From Thermoanaerobaculia bacterium (GTDB taxonomy: Bacteria > Acidobacteriota > Thermoanaerobaculia > UBA5066), in NCBI GenBank assembly GCA_963816185.1, contig CAWFJJ010000025.1:416001-480000 (forward strand): a DNA stretch of 64,000 nucleotides, written 5' to 3'. The notes below the pieces were generated by a model, which made no database searches, was not told the DNA's origin, and saw nothing but the letters and a program-made list of their open reading frames with translations. Position numbers and translations under genes: made by a program. Each line of letters opens with the position of its first letter. The first letter of the stretch is position 1. This document shows, piece by piece, positions 28,311 through 37,544 of the stretch.

Positions 28311-29123
28311 TCATGCCGGTTTGGAGGACGGAAGCCGGAAGCTCAGGAAGTACTCCGGGTCCGGGCGCCTTTCGGGGAACAGCGACAGACCGAGCCGGAC
28401 CAGCTCCCTCGGCACGTCGGGCTCGGCGGAAAGTCGTGGGGGGAAAGGAAGGGCCGACAGGGCGACGGTCTTCTCGGCCTCCTCGAACGGCAAGTCTCCG
28501 GCGACATTGCCCTCCAAAAGCACGTGGATCTGCGCCGCGAGCCGGTAGGCGAGCGCGGAACGGTGCGAATACTCCTTAGAGCCGGCGCGGATCTCCGGCG
28601 GCAGGAAAGGCGCGCCCTCTTCGACGGCCTCGAGTCCTGCGAGACCGCTTGCGCCGTCGCCGCGTTGCGGCTCGCAGAGGTACTCGTTGACGGACAGGTG
28701 CCGCGCCTCGAGACGCGCCCCCTCGCGCAGACGTTGCAGCTCGTGGAGAGGGAGGTGAACGCCGGCGAAGCCGCACTCGAGAGCCGCGATCTGTACCTCG
28801 GCGAGAGCCGTCATCGCGCCGCGCCGCGTGCGGTGCCCGCCGCCCGCGACCGGCTCGGAAATCTGGAACGCTATGAACGACCGCCCGGCCACCTCGGTCG
28901 ACCCGTAGTCAAGGACGAGCGGAACGAGCGGATGGTCGAAGTGAGCCGTGGCGGTGTAAATCGCATCCACGGACATCGCCGCGTGAACCGACGACGCGTC
29001 GAAGCCGTCGACGCGGATCCACGCCGCGACGGCGTCCGTTTCGCGAACCGCGCGGTACCGGAGAGGGATTCCCGTCTGCTCGGGGCCCTCGAGCAGCCGG
29101 TATCCCGGAATCCACGAAGGCAT
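28311..29123 (-). CDS. Probable pseudokinase (kinase-like fold, catalytic motifs degenerate)
   Basis: IPGYRLLE...YRAVRE, FDHPLVPLVLDYG, PFLPPEI, G.LPF, PERRP are kinase-like; no GxGxxG, VAIK, HRD or DFG. Confidence 0.55.
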   Translation of the reverse strand: MPSWIPGYRLLEGPEQTGIPLRYRAVRETDAVAAWIRVDGFDASSVHAAMSVDAIYTATAHFDHPLVPLVLDYGSTEVAGRSFIAFQISEPVAGGGHRTRRGAMTALAEVQIAALECGFAGVHLPLHELQRLREGARLEARHLSVNEYLCEPQRGDGASGLAGLEAVEEGAPFLPPEIRAGSKEYSHRSALAYRLAAQIHVLLEGNVAGDLPFEEAEKTVALSALPFPPRLSAEPDVPRELVRLGLSLFPERRPDPEYFLSFRLPSSKPA

Positions 29124-29204
29124 CGTTCCCGGAATCTTAGGCCGATTTCTGTTGCTTCCCGCCGAAGGCGGCGCTACACGTTCGGACGGAGAGGCCGGCA
29201 TTCC

Positions 29205-29951
29205 ATGGACCAGGTGAAAGTCCGCGTCGGAATGAAAGTCTGGGAAGACGAGGTCGTGATGGAGATGACCCTCCCCGCGGCGCCCGTACGGCTGGAGTCG
29301 CTCTTGCCGGCATTTCAGAAGGTCGCAGACAGCTTGGTCGGCCTCGCCGTGGAACGTGTCGGCGCCCAGGGACGGGTCGTCTCGTGCAAGAAAGGGTGTG
29401 CCGCGTGCTGCCGCCCGATCGTCCCGATCTCCGAGGTCGAGGCGCGGCGCATCGGACGGCTCGTGGAAGAGCTTCCCGAGCCGCGACGCACGGAGGTCCG
29501 CGCCCGCTTCGCGCGGGCCCGCGAGCGCCTTGCCGAGGCGGGCCTTCTCTCGAAGCTCGAGAACACTCAGAGCTTCCTCGAGAGCGAGATCGTCTCGTTC
29601 GGCCTCGCCTACTTTCGTCTCGGCATCCCTTGTCCATTTCTCGAAGAGGAGGCCTGCACCATTTACGCGGACCGGCCGATCGTCTGCCGTGAGTACCTCG
29701 TCACCTCGCCGGCCGCGAACTGCGCCGACCCGAAGCCCGGAACCATCGAAAAGGTGGAGCTGCCGGGGAAGGTCTGGACGGCGCTCGCGCGGGCGGGCTC
29801 GACCGGCCCATCCGCGCGCTTCATCCCGTGGGTCCCGCTCATCCTCGCTCCGGAGTGGGCGTCGGCACATCCCGACGCGTCCGAGCCCCGCCCCGTGGAG
29901 GACGTATTCCGGGGCGTCTTCGAGGAGCTGGCGGGTCGAAAGGGCGGCTAA
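29205..29951 (+). CDS. YkgJ-family Cys-cluster (CxxxCxxCC) protein
   Basis: SCKKGCAACC, CPFL....CTIY.DRPIVCREY. Confidence 0.88.
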   Translation: MDQVKVRVGMKVWEDEVVMEMTLPAAPVRLESLLPAFQKVADSLVGLAVERVGAQGRVVSCKKGCAACCRPIVPISEVEARRIGRLVEELPEPRRTEVRARFARARERLAEAGLLSKLENTQSFLESEIVSFGLAYFRLGIPCPFLEEEACTIYADRPIVCREYLVTSPAANCADPKPGTIEKVELPGKVWTALARAGSTGPSARFIPWVPLILAPEWASAHPDASEPRPVEDVFRGVFEELAGRKGG

Positions 29952-30066
29952 GAGCGCTTCGAGCGGGGCGGACGAACCCCATGGATTACAATTCAACAGA
30001 TTCAGACGATTTGAGCGCTCCGTCGCGCCGCCGCTGGCGAGCCGGAGGTCCGGAAGGAGAAGGCAT

Positions 30067-31095
30067 CTGGCTCGGAAACGTGAAACCGGGTCGGCCCCCA
30101 AGGAGGACCGCAAGGCCCCGGCGGCGCCGAAAGCCGCCGTCCTGCAGCTTCCCGTCGAGCCGCCCGTCACACTCGCCCGACTGCGACACTACCGGAAACT
30201 CACGAAATCCGTGTCGGTGCACCTGCGCGCCCAGCTCGAGACGATTCTCGAGACACTGACTCCGCTCTTCCACGCCGAGACCGTCTTCGGCGACTACGTG
30301 CAGAAGAGCATCCTGTCGATGAAGCCGGAGGTCGAGAAGGGCCCGCCCGCCCAGCTCGGCCCCGACAGGTGGGGCCGCGGGTCGGAGCTGGCCGTCAAGC
30401 GACAGGCCGCTGCCCCGCCGACGGCGAAGGAGCTGGAGGATGCGCGGAAGTACGCGAAAGCGAACATCTCCCTGAGGGAGGCAGTGAAGGGAGCCGATCG
30501 CGCTTTCCATGACCTCGAGAGCCTCTACGACACGATTGCGAAGAAGAAGCCCTACGATCTCGGCATCGGGCTGACCCCTCCTCTCCCCATCAACACCTCG
30601 GCTCTCGAGATCTCCCCGTTTGACTATCCCTTTGTCGTGCGTTCGGAACGGCAGAACAAGCGTGTGATGGTCACGGCCCCTCTGACGTGGATCGTGACGT
30701 ACGCGGGGTTCTCTCTCGCTCGCCTTCGAGCCCTCATCCGGGACCCGAACCGCTCGCGAGACGAGCTTCAGCGCGTTCTGACGCACCATCTCCTGCTGCA
30801 CGTCGTTCTGGAGCGCAAGAGCGGGCTTGCCGGCCTCCTCAAGGCGCTGAACTTTCCCGCGAAGACCGAGACGGTGCCGGAGTTCGGCGACCTGCCCCTG
30901 ACGGTCATCACGTCGGCCGTGAAGACCGAACGCCCCCCCGACGACGTCATCCTGGAAAGCACCGACCTCTCGGGCGTGGACTCGACGGAGGAGATCGTGC
31001 GCGTGACGAACGTCGCCGAAATGGTGGACTCCCGCCGCGCGCGACTGCTCGAAATCGTCGAGGCCGAGGAGACCGGAGCAACCGGAGACGCTTGA
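30067..31095 (+). CDS. Hypothetical protein, paralog of the downstream gene (start uncertain; CTG after GGAG)
   Basis: Shares RKLT, GAD.AF.DL...Y, PL.W..TY.G, GDLP.T.I.S.V.T.RPPDD...EST..SG...EE.V with 31130..31906. Confidence 0.7.
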   Translation: MARKRETGSAPKEDRKAPAAPKAAVLQLPVEPPVTLARLRHYRKLTKSVSVHLRAQLETILETLTPLFHAETVFGDYVQKSILSMKPEVEKGPPAQLGPDRWGRGSELAVKRQAAAPPTAKELEDARKYAKANISLREAVKGADRAFHDLESLYDTIAKKKPYDLGIGLTPPLPINTSALEISPFDYPFVVRSERQNKRVMVTAPLTWIVTYAGFSLARLRALIRDPNRSRDELQRVLTHHLLLHVVLERKSGLAGLLKALNFPAKTETVPEFGDLPLTVITSAVKTERPPDDVILESTDLSGVDSTEEIVRVTNVAEMVDSRRARLLEIVEAEETGATGDA

Positions 31096-31129
31096 GGCGC
31101 CCCGCGACCGAACGGAGGATTCAGCTCAG

Positions 31130-31906
31130 ATGGACGAAGGGTACGATCTCCAGAAACTCCGGTCGCTCCGGAAGCTGACGCGGGCGATCGCGGAATCGCT
31201 CCGCTCGGAGCTGAAGGAGCATCTGAGTACCGTGACGCTCCTGCTCCGCCCGCGCACAATCCTGGGCGATTTCGTCGAGGGCAGCGCCAAGGGCGAGGTC
31301 AAGGGCTCGGACACGGCATTTCGCGACCTCCGCAGCCGATACGAAACGGTTGCGGGGGGGCGGCCATACGGGCTCTCGAAGGAGCTGAGTCCCCCGATCG
31401 AGATTCTGAGCTCCAACGTCGAGCTGGTTCCTCTCGAGTATCCCTACGTCGCGAAGTCGGGCTCGGAAACCAAGACTGTCACCGTGACGCAGCCGCTCAA
31501 GTGGCTCATCACGTACTCGGGGCTCGCGCCGACTCGCCTGCGGGACTTGATGGCCGCGAAGATTCCCGACGCCTCACAGGTCAAGAATGTGATCCTGCAC
31601 GCGCTCGTGCTGGACACCGTGCTCACGAAGCAGCCGGGGCTTCTCGCGGTTTTCGAGGCGCTCCGATTCCCCGTCGTGACGGAGAAGCTCCCGGGGCTCG
31701 GTGATCTCCCGGTCACGTGCATTTCCTCGAGCGTCCGCACGGTGAGGCCGCCGGACGACATCCTCATCGAGAGCACGGAAATCTCGGGTCTGAACGCGTT
31801 CGAAGAGGTCGTGAACGCCCAGGACATCGAAGAGATGCAAGACCCCTTCCGCGAGAAGCTTCTCGACGTCATCAAGGCGAACGCTCCCGAAGCGCTGAAG
31901 GGCTGA
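31130..31906 (+). CDS. Hypothetical protein, paralog of the upstream gene
   Basis: GGAGG RBS; clean 258-aa ORF; end-to-end similarity to 30067..31095. Confidence 0.8.
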   Translation: MDEGYDLQKLRSLRKLTRAIAESLRSELKEHLSTVTLLLRPRTILGDFVEGSAKGEVKGSDTAFRDLRSRYETVAGGRPYGLSKELSPPIEILSSNVELVPLEYPYVAKSGSETKTVTVTQPLKWLITYSGLAPTRLRDLMAAKIPDASQVKNVILHALVLDTVLTKQPGLLAVFEALRFPVVTEKLPGLGDLPVTCISSSVRTVRPPDDILIESTEISGLNAFEEVVNAQDIEEMQDPFREKLLDVIKANAPEALKG

Positions 31907-31943
31907 CCTCGAGCGGAGAATCGCGCTCTTCGTGGAATCGCTT

Positions 31944-33482
31944 CTACTCTTCGAGCAGCGCGAGCTGGCTCACGCGATCGAAGGCCAGGGCGATTCCCTT
32001 TTCGACGTCGGCCGCCACGGCTGCCGGGTCATCTTCCCGAAGGGCCGCCTCGATCTCGCGCGCGATCGCCGCTCGGTCGCGCGTGCCGTCGAGAAGCTGC
32101 AGGAACCTCCGGACGAGGGGATCTTCGAGCCGGACGCTCTGGTGCTTGAGATTCGTGACCGAGGTGCGCGTCTGCGCCTGGAGCCGGGCCAGGGCGCTCG
32201 CGCGAGGGCGTTCCGAAATCTCCGTGACGAAGGGGCACGGCCTGCTCCGAAGCTGGATCACGTTCGCGCCGTAGGAGGCGAGGAGGAAGCCGAGCAGACG
32301 CGTCTCGTCCTGCAGGGTGGCGAGACGGCCCCCGGCCGCCGAAACGCGCGCACGGGCGGTCGCGAGGAGGTCGGAAACCCGGACCCAGCGCGGCCAGAGC
32401 GTACCGAGCTCCAGAAAAGCGGCTTTTGAAAGAGGATGCGTAGTCGTCACATCCCCCTCCTTTTCGGACTTGAAGGTCACCGCCTGGTCCGACGCGATGT
32501 CGGAATTCTCGGATTCCGGCCGCGTGCTCGCGCCCACGTAGAGCGATCGGAGGAAGTCGGGTTCAGGCTCCCTCGCTGTGGATGCGTCTTCTCGGCAGAG
32601 GAGAGTCTGCCGGAAGCGCCGGAAGATGAGGAAGTCCCGATACTGCTGCTGCAGGATCACGTTTTCCGCCCCCACCCTCAGGAGGAATCGGCCGGCCGGG
32701 CTGTCGGCGTTCCACACGGCCATGTCGCAGTAGTCGGCTTCCGAGAGGAACTTGAGACGGTGCCGGCTCGCCCGTTCGATGAAGTCGACGAACAGAAGCG
32801 GCTCGTTGATCTCGGAGAGGTCGTCGTGGAACAGGACGGCGCCCGGCTGCAGCCCTTGGTGCTCGAGCGTGTCGTTCAAGATCGCGGAGAAGAGCGGGCG
32901 CGGCGGCGCGGCCTCCGCGAGAAACCGGACGAGGCCACGCGCCTGAGAGATTCTCTCGGCGGGATCCTCGATGCTCCGCACGTGCCACCGCATCATCTGG
33001 CGCATCGCGTTCCGGACGTGGCACCCGGGAAGAGCGTTGTAGCTCACGTACGCGACGCCGTTCGGAGCGAGCGCTTCGGAGGCAATTTCGAGCACTCGCT
33101 CCTGCACGGACGGCGGCACCCACGAGTAGAGGCCGTGCGCGACGACGTAGTCGTACGTGCCGAGGTTCGACGCGTTCAGAAGATCGACGTGAAGGAGCGT
33201 CACGTTCGTGAGGCCGAGGGCGGAAATCTGCTCGCGGCCCTGCGCAACGGCCGAGCCCGCCGCGTCGAGGCCGAGGAACGTGCTTCCCGGAAGGACATAC
33301 GCCATCGAGATGAGATCGCTCCCGTTCCCGCAACCCAGCTCGAGGACGCGACAGCGCTCGGGGGGAGCGGCCGGGAAGCCATACAGCGCCGCGATCGTCG
33401 CGAGACGATCCGGATGGATCGGAGAGAACGGCGACCCGGGGTACGAGACCGCGTCGTATACGGTCGGCTCTTTTCCCGACAT
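31944..33482 (-). CDS. Class I SAM methyltransferase with methyltransferase regulatory domain (protein-lysine methyltransferase-like architecture)
   Basis: YD...YP, RVLELGCGNG, YDYVVAHGLYSWVP, YVSYNALPG, FRQTLLC, C-terminal LLDGTRD winged-helix-like segment. Confidence 0.85.
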   Translation of the reverse strand: MSGKEPTVYDAVSYPGSPFSPIHPDRLATIAALYGFPAAPPERCRVLELGCGNGSDLISMAYVLPGSTFLGLDAAGSAVAQGREQISALGLTNVTLLHVDLLNASNLGTYDYVVAHGLYSWVPPSVQERVLEIASEALAPNGVAYVSYNALPGCHVRNAMRQMMRWHVRSIEDPAERISQARGLVRFLAEAAPPRPLFSAILNDTLEHQGLQPGAVLFHDDLSEINEPLLFVDFIERASRHRLKFLSEADYCDMAVWNADSPAGRFLLRVGAENVILQQQYRDFLIFRRFRQTLLCREDASTAREPEPDFLRSLYVGASTRPESENSDIASDQAVTFKSEKEGDVTTTHPLSKAAFLELGTLWPRWVRVSDLLATARARVSAAGGRLATLQDETRLLGFLLASYGANVIQLRSRPCPFVTEISERPRASALARLQAQTRTSVTNLKHQSVRLEDPLVRRFLQLLDGTRDRAAIAREIEAALREDDPAAVAADVEKGIALAFDRVSQLALLEE

Positions 33483-33560
33483 GAGAAAAGGGGATCATAG
33501 AACGGGGTCATCGCAGGCTCTTTCCCGCGCTAGACTCGGGTCCATCTCGAGGAGGCCGCG

Positions 33561-35066
33561 ATGTCCAAGCGCCCGCCGTCCGGCAACGTCGACGTGAGGC
33601 TGGGGAGCGGAACCCAGACGTCGCCCGAGCCGCTCGACCCCGAAACGCCCTTTCGCCTCCTCGTCCTCGGCGATTTCGGCGGCGCCGGCGCCGGCCCGCT
33701 TGCGACGCGAAAGCTGCACGCCGTCGACCGGGACGTCCTCGAGGAGGAGCTCGGCCGTCTGAACGTGACGATGGACCTGCCTCTCGTGAACGGGCGCAGG
33801 GCGAGGATCGAGATGCGCGATCTCGACGACTTCCATCCGGACCGGCTCCTCGAACGTGTCGAAGTCCTGGCGGAATGGCGCAAGACTGCGCGAGCGGCTC
33901 GAGAATCCCCGGACGTTCGCCGAGGCGGCGAGCGAGGTGCGCGCGTCGGCAGGCCCCCCGCCCGAGCGACGCGAGAGAGCCGCCGCGCCCGCCGGTGGGG
34001 AGAACGACATCGTGAGCGAGCTTCTCGCGGGGGCCTGCCCGCCGGAAGACCCGCCGCGGATTCCGCGTTCGAGGCCGAGCTGAAGGCGATCGTCCGTCCC
34101 CATCTCGCCCCCGAAGAGGACTCCGATCTTCCGCGCCTGAGGGAGGCGGTGGACGAGGCGCGCTCCCGGCTGCTCCGCGCGATTCTCCGCAGCCCCCGAT
34201 TCCGGGACCTCGAGGCTGCGTGGCGCTCTCTCGACCTTCTCGTGCGTCGAGTCGGGGAAGAGTCCATTCGCATCTTCTTTCTCGATGCGTCGCGAGAGGA
34301 TCTTCTCGAGGACGTCACGAGCCACGAGAAGCTTTCGGGCACGGGACTCTACCGGCGCCTCGTGACGGAGACCGTCGACACGCCGGGCGCCGAGCCCTGG
34401 GGCGCCATCCTCGGGCTCTACGACTTCGGCCCGACGCTCGCGGACGCGGCGCTCCTCTCGCGCATGGCCAAGCTGGCCCGCGCAGCGGGCGCTCCCTTCC
34501 TCGCGAGCGCCCGCTCGGATTTCGTCGGCTGCGCGTCTCTCGCGGCGACGCCGGATCCCTCTGACTGGCGTATGCCGGAAGGCGAGGGGGCGATCATCTG
34601 GGAAGAGCTGCGCGCCCTGCCGGAAGCCGCCTGGGTCGCGCTCGCGCTGCCGCGCCTCATGCTCCGCAGGCCCTATGGCGCGAAGACCGAGCCGATCGAC
34701 TCCTTCCCGTTCGAGGAGATCCCGGGCGTACCCGAGCACGAGGCCTACCTCTGGGGAAACGCGGCTCTTGCATGCGCCCTCGTCCTCACGGGCGCTTTCG
34801 AACAGGGAAGGTGGGACCTCAAGCCCGAGACGGCGGCCGAGATTCAGGGCCTGCCGGCGCACGTCTTCAAGGACGGACTCGAGACCCGAGTCACCCCGCC
34901 GTCGGAGGTCGTCCTGACCGTGCGCGCCGCGGAGAAGCTCCTCGAGGCCGGGCTCGTTCCCGTGCTTTCGATGAAGGGCAGCGAGAGCGTACGCGTTGCG
35001 CGCCTCCAGCCGATCGCGAAACCGCTCCGCGCTCTGGCGGGAAGATGGAACGAGGAGGTCCTGTAA
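33561..35066 (+). CDS. T6SS sheath-like fusion protein: TssB(VipA)-like N-domain plus partial TssC(VipB)-like domain
   Basis: PFRLLVLGDF, VDRD, LDDFHPD match this window's TssB; F.DLEAAWRSL, A..A.APF, LPRLMLR.PYG, YLWGNAA, GLPAH match TssC. Confidence 0.8.
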   Translation: MSKRPPSGNVDVRLGSGTQTSPEPLDPETPFRLLVLGDFGGAGAGPLATRKLHAVDRDVLEEELGRLNVTMDLPLVNGRRARIEMRDLDDFHPDRLLERVEVLAEWRKTARAARESPDVRRGGERGARVGRPPARATRESRRARRWGERHRERASRGGLPAGRPAADSAFEAELKAIVRPHLAPEEDSDLPRLREAVDEARSRLLRAILRSPRFRDLEAAWRSLDLLVRRVGEESIRIFFLDASREDLLEDVTSHEKLSGTGLYRRLVTETVDTPGAEPWGAILGLYDFGPTLADAALLSRMAKLARAAGAPFLASARSDFVGCASLAATPDPSDWRMPEGEGAIIWEELRALPEAAWVALALPRLMLRRPYGAKTEPIDSFPFEEIPGVPEHEAYLWGNAALACALVLTGAFEQGRWDLKPETAAEIQGLPAHVFKDGLETRVTPPSEVVLTVRAAEKLLEAGLVPVLSMKGSESVRVARLQPIAKPLRALAGRWNEEVL

Positions 35067-35743
35067 TGGACTCGTCCGGATTCGGTTACCGCCCTCCTCG
35101 CTTCCACCTCCTCGATCAGGAGCTCCACCTCGACCCGGACATCCAACGAATGGCCCGGGAGCTCGAAACGCGGATGGCTGGCCGACAGCTCGTCCAGCTC
35201 TGGCTTCGGCCCGACTTCACCCTGCCCGCCTGGCAGAACATCATGTCCCAGCCGCTTCCGACCCCCGCCGGGCCCCTGTTCACTCCAGGCGCCGGACCTT
35301 CCACCCCGCGGCCCGGCGATTTCTCCGACGTCACGGACGCGATCTACAAGCTTCCCCCTGTTCAAGGTCTGGTCGAGCGGGCGCATGACGAGGGCCTGCG
35401 CCAGCTCCGCCTCCTGCGCGCCGAATGGAATCGCGCCTCACCGGGAGAGCGTACGGTCATGGTTACCATGACCGGCATCGTGGTCGGATCGAGCGTCGGG
35501 ATCATCCTGGCGAACCAGCCCACGCGCCACGCCGCGTTCGATCTCATCAAAGGCCGGGATATCCCTGTTCCTTTCGTCGACGGGCTTTCCTTCAAGATTC
35601 TCGATCACGGCGGCTCGATCACCGTGCCCCTCGGCCACGGCCTCTCCGGAACCACCGGGCTCCAGTTCCCCGGCGCCCCCAGCCACCCCGACTACGACAT
35701 CATGATCAAGCTGGACGTCTTGGAGCTGTTGCGCCGCCGCTAG
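35066..35743 (+). CDS. Hypothetical protein translationally coupled to the TssB-TssC fusion
   Basis: TAATG stop/start overlap at 35064-35068; one hydrophobic segment. Confidence 0.7.
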   Translation: MDSSGFGYRPPRFHLLDQELHLDPDIQRMARELETRMAGRQLVQLWLRPDFTLPAWQNIMSQPLPTPAGPLFTPGAGPSTPRPGDFSDVTDAIYKLPPVQGLVERAHDEGLRQLRLLRAEWNRASPGERTVMVTMTGIVVGSSVGIILANQPTRHAAFDLIKGRDIPVPFVDGLSFKILDHGGSITVPLGHGLSGTTGLQFPGAPSHPDYDIMIKLDVLELLRRR

Positions 35744-35814
35744 CCTGGGGCTTCTACGGTAGACGGCGCGGGAGATGCCCGCGTGATGCGGTCCTCCCTT
35801 CGCCCGTGTCCTGA

Positions 35815-37062
35815 CTAGCGTGGAGACACCTCTTTGCCCTGCGGAAACGCCTCGAGGTCCGCAGGGCGTCCCTTCCAGCTGCCGGCGAGTATGCCCCGGA
35901 GGCGCGCCTCCCAAAGGGATTCGCGATCGAGCGCGTCGAGCGCCTCGGGGGAGGGACCGCGGGTCAAGTCGTGGCCGCGGCACCAACGCGTTCCCTTCGC
36001 GAAGTCCCTTCCACGCGTCTCCCAGGCCGCACGCGCCTTCCGTTCGTCGGGAAGCTGAACCTCGTCGAGAAACTCCGCCTCGAACTCGTCGGGTTCCTTC
36101 CCGTCCGCGGGAGGCACGATCGTGCGCCGCCCCGAATCGACGTCCTCGCCGGTGATTTTCGTGAACGCCTGCCCGGCGAACGCGGCTGCCGCGAGATCGA
36201 GTCCCCCCATTGCCTGGAAGAGCGCGTCGGCGCAGCCGGGATGGCCGAGGACGCCGAGGGGCAGGAAGCGCTGGGGGCCGGTGCCCGAGTCCTTCGCCCA
36301 CGCGAGGAGGCGCTCGAGGTCCGCCGCATCTCCCGTCACAGCGACGAGGTAAATCGAATCCGGATCGGCGTCGGCTGCCGGTCTCCGGCCGCGGCGGGCC
36401 TTGTCGAGCGACCAGGCCTGCCGGCACCAGAGCGCCGCCTGCCGCGCCTCCGCGCGCACCCCGTGGTCTGGATCCGAGAGGCCTCGTTCCCAGTGGGTCC
36501 GGCTTTCGGGAAGCGTGCAGAGCGCCGCGATGCGCCAGGCCTTTCGTCTGACGGCCGGCTCATCGGAGGCGAGCCACGCGTCTTGCGCGCGGCTGTCGGC
36601 CCTGAGGCGGCCGCGCAGAGCGAGGGCCTCGGCCGCGGCGACGGAGAGCGGCGGTGGCGCGGACGTCACGGCTTCCTGCAGGCGCGGAAGAAGCGCATCT
36701 GCCGGTCCATGTGCGAAGGCCTCGGCGAGCCCATCGGCGCGCGGACCGACGGCCGACGCGAACGCCTCCCAGGCTCGGTCTGCCGTGCCCGGAATCCTCG
36801 AGCGCAGGAGGCCCCAGCCGGCGGCGAAGGCCTCGTCGGCGCTGTCGCCTTCGAGGCCGGGCCGGACGAACTCGACGAGCTCGTCCCCGGCGATCAGGAG
36901 GCCATGGAGGTGCGCCTCGATCCTCTTCTCGAGCCGGTCGAGGTCGCGGGGAAAGTAGCGCGGCGAGCGCAGCGCGCCGCGGCGCTGCCCCCAGAGGAAC
37001 GCGAGCTCCTCGAAGTGCTCCTCGACGAGGTCCGGCAGGAACTTCAGGGGGCCATCGGTCAT
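35815..37062 (-). CDS. TIGR02270-family HEAT-like protein of DUF2169-type T6SS cassettes
   Basis: VEEHFEELAFLW.QR, LEKRIEAHLHGL, AGQAF..ITG, DEVQLPD motifs; last gene of the vgrG cassette. Confidence 0.8.
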   Translation of the reverse strand: MTDGPLKFLPDLVEEHFEELAFLWGQRRGALRSPRYFPRDLDRLEKRIEAHLHGLLIAGDELVEFVRPGLEGDSADEAFAAGWGLLRSRIPGTADRAWEAFASAVGPRADGLAEAFAHGPADALLPRLQEAVTSAPPPLSVAAAEALALRGRLRADSRAQDAWLASDEPAVRRKAWRIAALCTLPESRTHWERGLSDPDHGVRAEARQAALWCRQAWSLDKARRGRRPAADADPDSIYLVAVTGDAADLERLLAWAKDSGTGPQRFLPLGVLGHPGCADALFQAMGGLDLAAAAFAGQAFTKITGEDVDSGRRTIVPPADGKEPDEFEAEFLDEVQLPDERKARAAWETRGRDFAKGTRWCRGHDLTRGPSPEALDALDRESLWEARLRGILAGSWKGRPADLEAFPQGKEVSPR

Positions 37063-37081
37063 CGTCGAGGCGTCGCGCTTT

Positions 37082-37524
37082 TCAATTGAGTGAGACGGCT
37101 CCGCCCTTGATCCGGTTCGTGCGCTTGGCGTGCGAGACGAGGTCCTTTCCCTTGATGAGGATCTTTCCGTCGGAGCGGATCGTGATGGAGCCCTCGCCGA
37201 CGCGAAGGACGAGGCCCTTCTTCGCCTCGAGGACGATCTCGTCGGGAATCGAGGAGCTTGCGTCGGAGCGGCTGATCGCGTGGTCCAGCCTTCCCAGCAC
37301 GATCGCCCGCTTGCTCGTCACCTCGGCCCGCCAGATCAGACGCCATCCCCCGGCTCCAACCGTAACGGTGGACCCTCGGACGTCTCCAGCAAGCTGCAGT
37401 CGACCGGTTCCTTCGCGTCCACATCCACCCTGACCGATCCGTCTGCCAGACGATCGAGCACCTCGCCCCGTGCGACGAGGCCTCCTGCGATGGCCAACCC
37501 TGCGCTGCGAGTTCCAGCACGCAT
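37082..37524 (-). CDS. DUF6484-like T6SS cassette protein, frameshifted near 37340
   Basis: C-terminal EIVLEAK..LVLRVGEGSITIRSDGKILIKG..LVSHAK..NRIKGGAV.LN; N-part in another frame. Confidence 0.65.
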
Positions 37525-37544
37525 GTGTCACTCCCTTGAAAGGT

